Assembly: GCA_965249135.1 (NCBI GenBank)
Contig: OZ252220.1
Coordinates: 704,001-768,000 of the forward strand
Reading direction: 5' to 3'
Length of the DNA stretch: 64,000 nt
Origin: Alphaproteobacteria bacterium
Lineage (GTDB): Bacteria > Pseudomonadota > Alphaproteobacteria > GCA-2746255
In this document: positions 7,060 through 16,161 of the stretch, piece by piece
Position numbering within the stretch: position 1 is the stretch's first letter
Layout of the letters: each line of letters opens with the position of its first letter
Made by a program: the position numbers and the translations under genes
Notes under the pieces: generated by a model
Told to the model about the DNA's origin: nothing
Seen by the model: only the letters and a program-made list of their open reading frames with translations
Database searches by the model: none

Positions 7060-8163
7060 TCAGGGTGGCGGCGGGGAACTGCCAGGAACGCCGCCGCCAC
7101 CCGCTCTTGCGCGTTGGGTGGCGCAACACGCGGTGGACCGGTCGGGGCGGCGGCGCCGCGGACCGGCCAGAACGGGCGATTTGGGAGGGGGTGAACGTGT
7201 ATCCGGGGTTTGATTTTCACGATGCGAGCCCGGTGAACGTGGGGAACGTTGATCCGGCCCTTGATTTTCTATCGTGAGCCGCCAGCGCTGCGCCTGATGA
7301 CGCACGCCGGCCACCCTGACGCATATCTTGACCTCACCGATCGCGAAGACACGGTCGCGCAACCGGCCCAGCGCCCGGCCGAGACGGGTGCGCTGCGAGC
7401 GCTCTCCGCCGTCGCCGAGCGGCAGCGGCGGCTCGCAGGCGAGCGCGAGCTCGTGCAGCTCGGCCGTGCCGACCTCGGCGGTGCCGTGGCGTTCCCACCC
7501 CGCGGCCACGAAGGCGCGCCAGACCGCGCCCTCGGCGTCGGCCGCCTCGTACATCTCGTCGAGATTGGCGAGGAAGCCGGGATAGCCGGTGCGGGTCTCC
7601 CAATGGGTGAGATCGGGATGGAACCTGAGTTCGGCCGTGTCGGGCACGGCGAGGCCGCGGGCCTCGAGGTAGGTCTCAGCCGAGCTGTCGGCGAGCGCCC
7701 GGCATCCCTTGATGATGATCTCGATCTCGCGGCGGGCGTTCTCCTTGCTGCGCGTCTCCGGCGCGGTCCCGGATGCGGACCCGGCGCCGTCCTTCGGCGG
7801 GGCGGGCGCTGCGGTGCGTACCGGTGCGGTGCCGACGATCTCGGCGGCATAGTCGAACAGCGCCCGGCCCGTGAGACCGGTCGCGTGCTCGAGCGTGCTC
7901 AAGGGTCCGCCGCCCTCGCCGGTGTCGAAGTCGATCCAGTCGCCGGCGTGCGCGCCCTTGAGCGCGATGACGCAGGAGCCGTTCTTGCGCGGCGTATCAC
8001 CGCCGATGTTGGCGAGCCGCCACTCGTCGCCGTTGCGCCTGCCGTTCGGAAAATGTCGCGGCACCCAGAGCTCGGCGGAATCGCGGAGCCGGCTGACGAT
8101 CTCGTCGAGATCGTGGCGGGCGGGTTCGAGGCCGAACGGGCGGGTGTCGTTGAGGTCGATCAC
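7060..8163 (-). pseudogene. Phage primase/replication protein with a large internal deletion
   Basis: N-terminal primase-like region (WVPRHFPNG..NGDEWRLANI.G...GSC.I.L.G..AGDW.DF; AETYLEARGL...LRFHP) is fused at GYPG|FLANLDEMYE to the C-terminal region. No TOPRIM or helicase core is present. Confidence 0.6.
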
Positions 8164-8453
8164 TGGAACGCCTTCTCCGGGACTACGCCGGTGAAGAAGC
8201 TCCTGTCCTCGCGGATCGCCATGAAGCCGAAGCCGGGCCCGCGATGATGGGGGTCTGCTCCGATCCACAGGTTGGCCTCGGGGTCATGGACCCAGCGCCC
8301 GGGCCCGAAGAGGCGGTCGAGAAAGCGCTCCATGGGCATGGCGCAAAGACGCTCTTCAATTGCGCGCACCTCCTCGACGGAGATGCCCGCTTCGCGGGCC
8401 CATAGAGGATGTTCTTCCTCGCGGTCCGGCGGACCGTGCCGATCGTTACTCAT
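8160..8453 (-). CDS. Phage hypothetical protein (97 aa)
   Basis: RBS GGAGGAG before ATG 8453. Stop overlaps the primase GTG. Confidence 0.55.
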   Translation of the reverse strand: MSNDRHGPPDREEEHPLWAREAGISVEEVRAIEERLCAMPMERFLDRLFGPGRWVHDPEANLWIGADPHHRGPGFGFMAIREDRSFFTGVVPEKAFQ

Positions 8454-8470
8454 GTTCTCCTCCAGCCCTT

Positions 8471-9772
8471 TCAATCGAGAATGACCAGGCCGCGCTCGGC
8501 GCGCGTGATCGCGGTGTAGAGCTAGCGGGCGCGGTCCTCGGCGGTGCGCCCGAGACCGTCGTCGAACACGATGACGTTGGGCCAAGCGGAGCCCTGCGAT
8601 TTGTGACAGGTGACGGCCCAGCCCCAGACCGCCTCGATCAGGCCGCGCCGGGTCCAGTGGTCGCGGCGGCCGCGGTCGGGAGCGGCCTTGATGTGGTCGT
8701 CGAAATGCCCCTTGTAGATAAAGTGCCGTTGGGGCTTGTCGGCGCCGCCGCCGACGATGTCCCCGTCCTCGGTGCGGATGGTGGCGGAGAAGGAGGTCTC
8801 GTTCTCGTCGCGCACCTCGCCGAGGGTGAGGAACATGCCGTTGACGACGCCGAGGTCGTTGCGGTTCCTGAGACAGATGATCTTCTCGGACGTCCCGCTG
8901 CGGACCTCGCCCGTGGGATAGATGCTCTCGTAGCCGGCGGCGCGCTTCATGGCGTTGTTGAGCTGCAGGCGGGTAGCGTTCCTGCCGCAGATCACCTGGC
9001 CGCCGCGCAGCATCTGCTCGGGGCCGACATCGCTCCGCCGCATCTTCCAGACGAAGGCGTCGTGCCGGCCGTAGGGGATGGGCCGGCCCTCACGGGCCAT
9101 GGTGGCCAAGCGAATGACGGCGCTGTCGCCGGCCTGGCGGTGGATCTCGGTCAGCATCACGTCGGGCTCGGCCTCGGTGAAGGCGCCCTGGCCCTTGATC
9201 GGCGGCAGTTGGCCGGGATCGCCCAGCACCAGGATCGGCTTGCCGAAGGCCAGCAGATCGCGTGCCATCTCGTCGCCGACCATGGAGACTTCGTCGAGGA
9301 CAATGAGCTTGGCGTCGCGGACGGCGGACTGGTCGTTGAGGACGAAGCGGGGCTTGTGGGCGTCGTCGAGCCGGAGTTCCAGGCTGCGCAACCGGGATTC
9401 CTCCAGCAGCCGCTCGCCGGAGCGGAGGCTCGGCAGCCTCGCCTTGATCCCGGCGATGTCCTTTTTGACCTTCTCGATCTCGGCCTCGGTCGCCTCCGAG
9501 ACGCGGTAAATCAGGCTGTGGATGGTGGAAGCGGGGGTTCCCTTGCGGGTCATCACCAGCGCCGCCTTGCCGGTGTAGGCCACATAGAGCACGCCGTTCG
9601 AGCATTCCTCGAGGCCGAGTTCCTCGATGATGTAGCGGGTAATCGTGCTTTTCCCGCAGCCGGCGTAGCCCCAGATTCGCGCGACTTGCTGCTCCGCGGT
9701 ACGGTGCTGGAACCAGTCCACAACCGTCTTCAGCGCCTGCGTCTGCTGGTCGGAAAGCGTTATCCGGTCCAA
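8471..9772 (-). pseudogene. RecD/Dda-like SF1 helicase with a nonsense codon in motif VI
   Basis: GYAGCGKST, AYTGKAA, TIHSLIY, LDEVSMV, GDPGQLPP, TCHKSQGS. TAG at 8522-8524 is followed in frame by LYTAITRAERGLVILD* (expected WLYTAITRA). TTG start after GAGGAGG. Confidence 0.85.
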
Positions 9773-9904
9773 GGTGTTTCCTCCTCTGTCACGTGCTTCC
9801 AAATCCGACCCTTGGCGATGGCGTAAATCGTCTCCTTCCTGACGCCGTGCAGACGGGCAATGCAGGCGCCACAAAGCCCGACGCCGAGCAGACCCTTGAC
9901 GCGC

Positions 9905-10678
9905 TCATCGATCGACGTCCCAGCAGCGTTTGGCGTATTCGCAGAAACGGCAGAGATAGAAGTCCGCGTTGGCGGCGATGCGCGGCGGCAGCTCGCCGGC
10001 CTCGGCGGCCTGGATCACCTGGACCGCCTTGTCGGAGAGGCCTTGCGCCGCGGCCGCATCGAAGGGCACGGCCTCGTGATAGAGCGCCTGGGTGTCCTTG
10101 TTCATGGCCGTGAACAGCGCGAGGCCGGGCGTCATGTAGGCCATGTAGAACTGCGTCTGCCCGTAATAGACCGGCTTGGACGCACGCAGGCCGCGCTTGA
10201 CGGTGTCGGTCCAGGGCCGGGCATTGAGCGCCTTGTGCTCCCAGAGCGCGGGCCACGCGATCCCGACCTCGGGCCCTGAGACGATGACGCCGTCGATATG
10301 GCCGCGGATGCGCCCGCCGGCGGCCGAGAAGCCGAACTGGCCGCCGTCGCGGCGTTGGGTGCGCAGATCGAAGCCGGCGGCCCGTAGCCACTCGACGGAA
10401 AGCGCCTCGAACTGATGGCCGGCGGCGAACACGCGCAGCAGCGAGCCGTCGAAATCCTGGCCCGGGTCCTTCGGCGTGTGGGTGTACTCGTAGACCAGCT
10501 TGCGCGCGCAGGGCTCGCCGATCCGGCTCGCGCCGAGATAGTCGCGCGGACGCGCCGCGCGCTCCGCCGCCTCGAGCGCGGCATCGATCGCGGCGTTGAT
10601 CTGCCGCCCCGCATCGGTAACGGCGGAGGGGCGCAGATAGACGAAGCCCGAGCCGTGGTTGAGATCGACGATCGTCAT
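9905..10678 (-). CDS. Phage Cas4-like / PD-(D/E)XK exonuclease
   Basis: LGASRIG.PC.R, GHIDG, WEHKAL, YY.Q.Q.YM and C-terminal CRFC.Y..RCW. Confidence 0.8.
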   Translation of the reverse strand: MTIVDLNHGSGFVYLRPSAVTDAGRQINAAIDAALEAAERAARPRDYLGASRIGEPCARKLVYEYTHTPKDPGQDFDGSLLRVFAAGHQFEALSVEWLRAAGFDLRTQRRDGGQFGFSAAGGRIRGHIDGVIVSGPEVGIAWPALWEHKALNARPWTDTVKRGLRASKPVYYGQTQFYMAYMTPGLALFTAMNKDTQALYHEAVPFDAAAAQGLSDKAVQVIQAAEAGELPPRIAANADFYLCRFCEYAKRCWDVDR

Positions 10679-10687
10679 CGTGGCCCC

Positions 10688-11052
10688 TCAAAACGGCAAA
10701 TCGTCGTCGAACGGCTGGTTCTCGGCGGCCTGGCGCTGCATGGAGTCCTGGAAGCCGTCGACACAGGCCTCGATGATTTGATCGATCTCTTCGCCCGTCC
10801 GGTCGTGGAACGGCGCCATGAGGCCGAGTTCGCCCAGCGCCTCGGCGAAGAACCGCCTGGTGTCCTTGATCGCCCGCTTCTCCATCCCGGTCTTATCAAT
10901 CACGCCGTGAGCCCTCCCGGCGAGGGACGCGCCGGCGTCGAGGCAGCGCATCGAGCAGAAGCCGTAATGGGGGTAGCGGTCCCATTGCAGGCGGAGGCAG
11001 AACCCGAAGCCTCTGGCTTCGCGTCCGCAAAGGGCACAGGGCCGGCAGTCAT
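10688..11052 (-). CDS. DUF6511-like phage protein (start uncertain)
   Basis: CALCGREARGFG...FCSMRC...IDKT.ME..AI...R..FAEAL.ELGLM.PF...IIEACVDGFQ.SM...FDDDLPF. Confidence 0.55.
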
Positions 11053-11276
11053 CAAGAGGCGGGCGAGATCGCCGTCCCGCTTCGGGCGCATCCCGGTCCG
11101 CTCCGAGGCCAGCACGATGAACCGCGCAATGGCGTTCGACGCCATCGCTTCGAGCTCGGGCATGGTCAAAGAGCGGATGGGCCGGTGGAGCCTTCCCCGC
11201 GCTTCGAGCCACGCGCCGACGGCTCTTGCGGCTTCGCCGGTGACGTGGGCCTGCCATTCGTCGTCGCGGTCATCAT
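11050..11276 (-). pseudogene. Conserved phage hypothetical protein, start out of frame
   Basis: DDEWQAHVTGEAARAVGAWLEARGRLHRPIRSLTMPELEAMA.NAI.RFIVLASER has no in-frame ATG. ATGACC just upstream is shifted by 2 nt. Coordinates approximate. Confidence 0.45.
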
Positions 11277-11280
11277 CCGT

Positions 11281-11997
11281 TCAGCCAGTCGGGCCCGGCG
11301 GCGCCGGAGCGGGCGCGGGAGCGGCCTGTGCGGCCGTCTGGGCGGGTGGTGCCGCGGGTGCGGAGGCTGGCGCGGGCTGGGCTTGCGGCTGTTGCCACGC
11401 GGCCTGGGTCTGGGCCGGCGCGGGCGAAGCGGCGCCGGTGCCGCGGGACCGTGACGGCGCCGGCGGCACCGCCTCGCCGTTCATCACCGCCCGCCATTCC
11501 TTCTCGTTCGGCAGCACCGGACGGTCGAGCCGATTGCGGTCCGGGTAGCGTGGATCGTTGTTGGGCTCGACCATGATCCTGGCGACGAACGTGATGCCGT
11601 TCAGATCGGCGAGACCGCGCAGCTGACGCTTCTGCCGGGCCGCCTCGCTCATGTCCTCCGGGTCGAGCGCCAGCGCGCTGTCGATCATGGCGCGGACCAT
11701 GCGCTTGGAGATGTTCCAGCCGATCGAGGCGCCGTTCTCGTCGACCTTGCCGCCGGCGACGGTGAACAGCTGCCAGAATTTTCGGCGCGCATGCGGGCCC
11801 TCGGCCACGGTGAACTCGCAATCGAGCGAGAGCACGTCGCTCCCGGGCGTGTTCGAGGCCTTCAAGAGGCCCTTGTCGTGCTCGCCCTGGCCGTCCACGC
11901 CGCCGGGGCGGACGGTCATGACGACCTTGGCGAAGCTGCCGTCGGGGATGAGATCGGTGCCCTGGTGGGGCTTGACGTCGTTGAAGTTGTAGGTCAT
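11281..11997 (-). CDS. Phage ssDNA-binding (DUF669-like) protein
   Basis: NFND...DLIPDGSFAKV...LDCEFTV.EGPHARRKFWQ with a Pro/Ala/Gln-rich tail. The expected ...WLNG* end is in another frame (stop 11273), a possible late frameshift. Confidence 0.65.
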   Translation of the reverse strand: MTYNFNDVKPHQGTDLIPDGSFAKVVMTVRPGGVDGQGEHDKGLLKASNTPGSDVLSLDCEFTVAEGPHARRKFWQLFTVAGGKVDENGASIGWNISKRMVRAMIDSALALDPEDMSEAARQKRQLRGLADLNGITFVARIMVEPNNDPRYPDRNRLDRPVLPNEKEWRAVMNGEAVPPAPSRSRGTGAASPAPAQTQAAWQQPQAQPAPASAPAAPPAQTAAQAAPAPAPAPPGPTG

Positions 11998-12012
11998 CGC
12001 GATTCTCCTTTC

Positions 12013-12867
12013 TCAGCTGGGTTGCGCCGGCGTCGTGGACGCGGACGCCCGGTTGATCTTGTCGAGCAGTGCGGCGAGGTCGGGCGGCTCGGTGATGTCG
12101 AGGCGGCCCGAGCGGTCCTTGGCCGGCAGGCGATAAGGATTGCCGGAGCGGCAGACCAGGCGGCGGGTCTCGCCGCTCTCCGGCGCATATCGCCAGCCTT
12201 CACCTTCGGCCTCGAACAGGCCCATGGAGATCACCTGATCGACGATGCCGGGGAGCTCGCGGGCGGCCTTGCCGCCCTCCATCTGCGGCTGCCAGTGCTC
12301 GCGGTTGAACTCGTCGGTGACGCACTCGAGGATGCCGACGAAGACCGCGGTCCGGCCCGGCGCGTGCTGGGGGTGCTTGAGGAGCCCGATGACCTCGCGG
12401 GCGAGCACTCCATAGGCGCCGCGGAGATCGGGCTTGCCGGTCTTGTCGGAGACCGATTCGGGCCGGGTCCTGGCCCATGCCATGGCCTGGCGGGTGAGAT
12501 CGGTGATCGAATCGACGAAGACGATGCGTTTGCCGGCAACCACCGGCACGAGCTCGGCGTAGACCTGGGCGACATGGCGGTAATGGCCCTCGGAGAAGAA
12601 GCTGTTGGGATCGGCCGCCGGATCGACGCCGCCGACGAGGCAGGCGATATCGAGCGCGTCGGCAAAGGTGCGCACCGGGATGCTCATGCCCGGCCAGTCC
12701 TGGACCGACTTCATGCCGGCCTCGAGATCGATGCACAGCGTCTCGTCCGGCGGCAGGGTGCGGAGCAGCGAGGTCTTGCCGACGCCGGAGGGGCCGAACA
12801 GCGCGACGGTGGTCTTGCCCCGGGCCTCGGCGAGGCGCTCGTCGGCGGTGATGATGCGCAGGCTCAT
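12013..12867 (-). CDS. AAA_24 / Sak4-like phage recombination ATPase
   Basis: LRIITADERL, Walker A GPSGVGKT, DLEAG, FVDSIT, ELPGIVDQV, PAKDRSGRL. Confidence 0.8.
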   Translation of the reverse strand: MSLRIITADERLAEARGKTTVALFGPSGVGKTSLLRTLPPDETLCIDLEAGMKSVQDWPGMSIPVRTFADALDIACLVGGVDPAADPNSFFSEGHYRHVAQVYAELVPVVAGKRIVFVDSITDLTRQAMAWARTRPESVSDKTGKPDLRGAYGVLAREVIGLLKHPQHAPGRTAVFVGILECVTDEFNREHWQPQMEGGKAARELPGIVDQVISMGLFEAEGEGWRYAPESGETRRLVCRSGNPYRLPAKDRSGRLDITEPPDLAALLDKINRASASTTPAQPS

Positions 12868-13184
12868 GATCTGCCTCCCCGGTTACGCGGCGGCGCCCGC
12901 CGGGCGCAGATCGCGATGTAGCTGTAGTCGGCGTCGCCGTGGCGGCGCTGAACCAGATGAACGAGGCCCTGCCCGGAGGCCCGCATCGCGGCCGTGGCGA
13001 GGCGGTCGAGCGCGGCCCGCGTCTCCGCATCCGCCGCGTCCGGCCGCTTCTCGCGGTCAGCGATGAGATGGCCCCGGTGATGGGCGATGCGGCTTCCCGC
13101 ATGGGCCGCCCCGAGCCAGGCGGCGAAGTCGGCTGCGTCGAGGACGGGCTGCGGTGCGGCCGGGCGCGGCAGGACGGCGTTCAT
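12864..13184 (-). CDS. Conserved phage hypothetical protein
   Basis: F.AWL..A..G.RI.HHRGHL..DR...GLVHLVQRR.G..DYSYIA. ATGA overlaps at both ends. Confidence 0.65.
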   Translation of the reverse strand: MNAVLPRPAAPQPVLDAADFAAWLGAAHAGSRIAHHRGHLIADREKRPDAADAETRAALDRLATAAMRASGQGLVHLVQRRHGDADYSYIAICARRAPPRNRGGRS

Positions 13185-13372
13185 GCCGCGGTCTCCTCGG
13201 CCGCCACCTCGCTCCTGTAGACGGCGATCAGCGGGATGCCGTCGCTGGTGGTGCCAGCATCCTCCAGGTGATAGTCGTTGCCGGGCTCCAGGACCTCGGC
13301 CAGCTCCCAGCGCCGGAACAGCCCCGGAATGCGGTAGAGTTCGCTTGGCAGCAGGGGGATCGGAAGGGTCAT
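13181..13372 (-). CDS. Phage hypothetical protein (63 aa), first gene of the leftward operon
   Basis: RBS GGAG upstream. Stop is coupled to the next ATG. Confidence 0.55.
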   Translation of the reverse strand: MTLPIPLLPSELYRIPGLFRRWELAEVLEPGNDYHLEDAGTTSDGIPLIAVYRSEVAAEETAA

Positions 13373-13424
13373 GGATGGCTGTCTCCGCTCTCCCGGCGCC
13401 GGCTGGTCCGGCGCTTCTATTGGT

Positions 13425-13455
13425 TAAAAGCGACTTTCGGCGGCGGATTGGGACA
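13425..13455 (-). promoter_or_regulatory. 31-bp motif copy A (TGTCCCAATCCGCCGCCGAAAGTCGCTTTTA), putative phage-sigma promoter of the replication operon
   Basis: Reverse complement matches 15877-15907 at 30/31 positions. Ends 52 nt upstream of ATG 13372. Confidence 0.65.
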
Positions 13456-13585
13456 TCGCGGGACGAAAAACATTTCGGGCCCGTGCCCGAACCGGACCGG
13501 GAGGCCGCGGCATGTGCCGGTTTCCGACGTCTTGGAGTGCTACTGGGACGCGCGATTGGGACTCGACTAGGCCTCCCCCGTATGA

Positions 13586-13600
13586 GAACATTATGAGAAC
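13586..13600. promoter_or_regulatory. Alphaproteobacterial LexA (SOS) box GAAC-N7-GAAC
   Basis: GAAC ATTATGA GAAC, immediately upstream of TTGACG (13608-13613)-18 nt-TATGAT (13632-13637). Confidence 0.7.
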
Positions 13601-13693
13601 ATAACCGTTGACGGGGATGCTGGAAGGCGACTATGATAATTCTCATATTCAGGCAAACGCGCAAATGCGTTAACACGAGACGGGACAGAATCG

Positions 13694-13978
13694 ATGGGGT
13701 TCGGCGGCTATCTCAGGAAGAAGCGCGAGGAACGCGAGCTCACCCTCGTCGAGGTCGCCGAGCGGGTCGGCATCTCGGTCGCCTATCTCTCGCGCATCGA
13801 GCGCGAGCGCGAGAACACGCCCAAGGACGAGCTCATTCAGAAGGTCTGCAAGGCGTTGGACCTCGATGCGGACGAGGCCTTCGCGGCGGCGCGGCGCCTG
13901 CCGCCGGACCTGCGCCCACATGCGCACAGCGTCGTGCGGCTCTATCGCCGGCTCGGCAAGGGGGAGTTGAGCCTATGA
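13694..13978 (+). CDS. XRE-family HTH repressor
   Basis: FGGYLRKKREERELTL.EVAERVGISVAYLSRIER. Confidence 0.85.
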   Translation: MGFGGYLRKKREERELTLVEVAERVGISVAYLSRIERERENTPKDELIQKVCKALDLDADEAFAAARRLPPDLRPHAHSVVRLYRRLGKGELSL

Positions 13979-14768
13979 CCACACCCCGGATTTTCTACCG
14001 CCATGCGCGGGCGACGGCGAAGCCGCACTATGTGAGCCGGTCCGACGTCGCTCGGGTGGCGTCGGCTGTGCGCAGCCAGCTCGGCTACCGGGACCATCAC
14101 GCCAGGATCGACTACCGCGAGATCGCCGAGCGCATCTCGCGTCTCGGGGTGAACGGCATCGATGTCGCCGTCGATTGGGATCTGGAGGGGACGGTCGAGG
14201 ACGAGACCGGAGCGCCGGCGCTCGGCTCCTGCGAGTACGACCTGGCGGTGCCGGGCCATGCGCTGATCTACGTCAACCGCCAGGAGATCGGCGAGCGCAG
14301 CTATCTCGGGCGCAGCACGGTGCTGCACGAGCTCGGCCACGCGGTCTTCGATGCCCCGGCCCGGGTCCTCGCCAACCGACAGGGGCGGCTCGATCTCGGC
14401 GACGACAGCCGCGGCAGCCGGGCCTTCCGTCTGGTGACGCCCGGCCCCGAGCATCTCGGCAACAGCCGTACGGCGGACGGATCGATGGACTGGGCGGAGT
14501 TCCGGGCCAACGAGTTCATGGGTCGTTCCTGGCGCCGCTGACGGCAATTCGCCGGACGCTGCGCCGATTGTGTCAGCGCTTCGAGGTGCCGCTGGTCGAG
14601 GAGAGATCCCGGACCGGCCGGGCGCGGATCAAGGCCGACTTCACCGGCCGGCACGCCTGCAAGCTCGAGACGGCGGTCTTCGAGCTTGCCGAGGACTTCG
14701 GGCTGTCGCCCGCCTTCATCGCGGTGCGGCTCCGAAAATACGGCCTGGTCCGGGGGCAGGGCTTGTAG
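13975..14768 (+). pseudogene. ImmA/IrrE-family metallopeptidase (antirepressor), frameshifted
   Basis: STVLHELGH (HExxH) and WAEFRANEFMG, continuing in another frame as SFLAP...LAEDFGLSPAFIAVRLRKYGL. One-nt loss near 14522. Confidence 0.8.
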
Positions 14769-14793
14769 CGGCGCGAGGAATAGGGGGGAGAAC

Positions 14794-14817
14794 GGGGAGC
14801 CTCGCTCCCCTCTCTTT
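14794..14817 (+). terminator. Putative intrinsic terminator after the ImmA-like gene
   Basis: GGGGAGC-CTC-GCTCCCC followed by TCTCTTT. Confidence 0.45.
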
Positions 14818-14838
14818 GGCCCGGGAGTTCAACAGTTT

Positions 14839-15045
14839 ATGCAAACTAATGAACAATGGCGGTGCAACAGATGCCGCAAGCTCCTGGGGATCATCCGCGG
14901 CGGACGGCTGCATCTGCGGTTCGGACGCGGGAATGAGTATGTCATCGCCTTCCCGGCCCTCGGGCTGTGCCGGCGCTGCCTGACCCTGAACACCGCCACA
15001 GGGCCGCCGGACCCGCCGTCCGAGGAGCCGATACGATACCGCTGA
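14839..15045 (+). CDS. Com-like (phage Mu) zinc-finger regulator
   Basis: 68 aa. WRCNRCRKLLG ... CRRCLTLN, the Com-family CxxC..KLL / CxRC...N pattern. Confidence 0.65.
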   Translation: MQTNEQWRCNRCRKLLGIIRGGRLHLRFGRGNEYVIAFPALGLCRRCLTLNTATGPPDPPSEEPIRYR

Positions 15046-15084
15046 GCGGTTTAGGTCCTTCCTGATCATTCGTTCATTCACCGA

Positions 15085-15154
15085 GAGGCGCGCGACGCCC
15101 TGACCCCGGCCTTCATGAGGCGCCAGACGCCCGGCCGAGAGGCCGGCGTCCATG
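15085..15154 (+). promoter_or_regulatory. Structured leader of the sigma gene: two GAGGCG-N3-GACGCCC repeats and a GNRA hairpin abutting the ATG
   Basis: Repeats at 15085-15100 and 15117-15132. Hairpin GACGC(C)CGGCC-GAGA-GGCCG-GCGTC at 15126-15150 holds the GAGAGG RBS. ATG at 15152. Confidence 0.6.
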
Positions 15155-15864
15155 CGCTCTCTCTGGTTGTCGCTCCACGAGCGGCTGGTGCACAGCACCG
15201 AAGACCTCACCTTCCAACGACGATCCAGACCCTGGCACGCTCCGATCCCGTGCTCGCGCCCTTCTCCGATCCAGGCGCGCTGCTCGCGTTGCTGCACGGC
15301 CGTGACGCGGAGCCGGAAGAGAAGAACCGCATCCTCACCGCGCTGGTCGCGGAAGCCCAGACGGGCGGCTCCTCCGGCGAGACCGCTCAGACCATGCTCT
15401 GGCTCGCGCTCTGGCCCGGCCTCGATGCCGTCCACCGGCGGCTGTCGCGGTTCTACCGGAGCGCGCCCGAGGAGTTGGTCTCGGAGATCGCCGGGCGGTT
15501 CACGACCGGGATCGCCCGTCTCGATCGCTCGCGCGTCCGCCGCATCGCGGCGACGCTGATCCGCAATGTCGAGCGCGACATCCGCGCCCGGCCCAGCCCG
15601 ATCCCGGCGGACGAGCCGATGGAGGAGGCCGCGCCCTTGTCGGTCCTGGGTCTGCCCGATGGCGTGGACCCGGAGCTGGCGACGGAACTCCTGGGCGAGC
15701 GTCTCCGCGCCTGGATCGGCGATGACGCGGACATCGTCCTCGCCATCGCGGTCGTCGGCGAGACCTCGGACGAGGTTGCGGCCCGCCTCGGCACGACCGC
15801 CTCGGCCGTGCGCAAGCGCTACCGGCGCGCCCTCGCCCGGTTGCGGACCGCGTGGGAGGAATAA
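15152..15864 (+). pseudogene. Phage-encoded sigma70/ECF-like sigma factor, frameshifted near the 5' end
   Basis: MRSLWLSLHERLVHSTEDLTFQRR, then a shift near 15222 to QTLARSDPVLAPF...MLWLALWPGLDA...IAATLIRNVERD...EVAARLG....AVRKRYRRALARLR (region 4 HTH). Confidence 0.7.
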
Positions 15865-15876
15865 TTCGGGGCGGCG

Positions 15877-15907
15877 TGTCCCAATCCGCCGCCAAAAGTC
15901 GCTTTTA
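15877..15907 (+). promoter_or_regulatory. 31-bp motif copy B (TGTCCCAATCCGCCGCCAAAAGTCGCTTTTA), putative phage-sigma promoter of the recombinase operon
   Basis: Inverted copy of 13425-13455. Ends 44 nt upstream of ATG 15952. Confidence 0.65.
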
Positions 15908-15951
15908 CCAAGTAGGGGCCGGCCTCGCCGGTTGCGCCAAGGCGGCACGCG

Positions 15952-16161
15952 ATGACCCACAACGCACTCGATCCCGACCGCATGAGCACCGCCGAGCGGC
16001 TCGATGAGCTCGCCCGCATCCTGGCCGCGGGACTGGTGCGTCTCCGAAACCGGTGCTTCTCTGGAAAACGTCATGAGTCCAACGCGTTGAGAGAAGGTTC
16101 GCTGGACTTCCCGGCCCCGCAGAGCGTTCATGACGCACCTCGAACGGAGAACCCGTCATGA
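15952..16161 (+). CDS. Small conserved protein preceding DUF2924
   Basis: P..MS.AERL.EL..ILA.GL.RLR. ATGA coupled to the next gene. Confidence 0.65.
   Translation: MTHNALDPDRMSTAERLDELARILAAGLVRLRNRCFSGKRHESNALREGSLDFPAPQSVHDAPRTENPS

Noticed and set aside
9905-10678. Cas4-like gene as evidence of CRISPR adaptation
   Set aside because: It lies in a phage Sak4-SSB-exonuclease recombination operon, with no cas1/cas2 or array.
13425-15907. 31-bp inverted repeats as transposon or IS ends
   Set aside because: No transposase between them and no target duplication. Both sit at promoter distance from operon starts.
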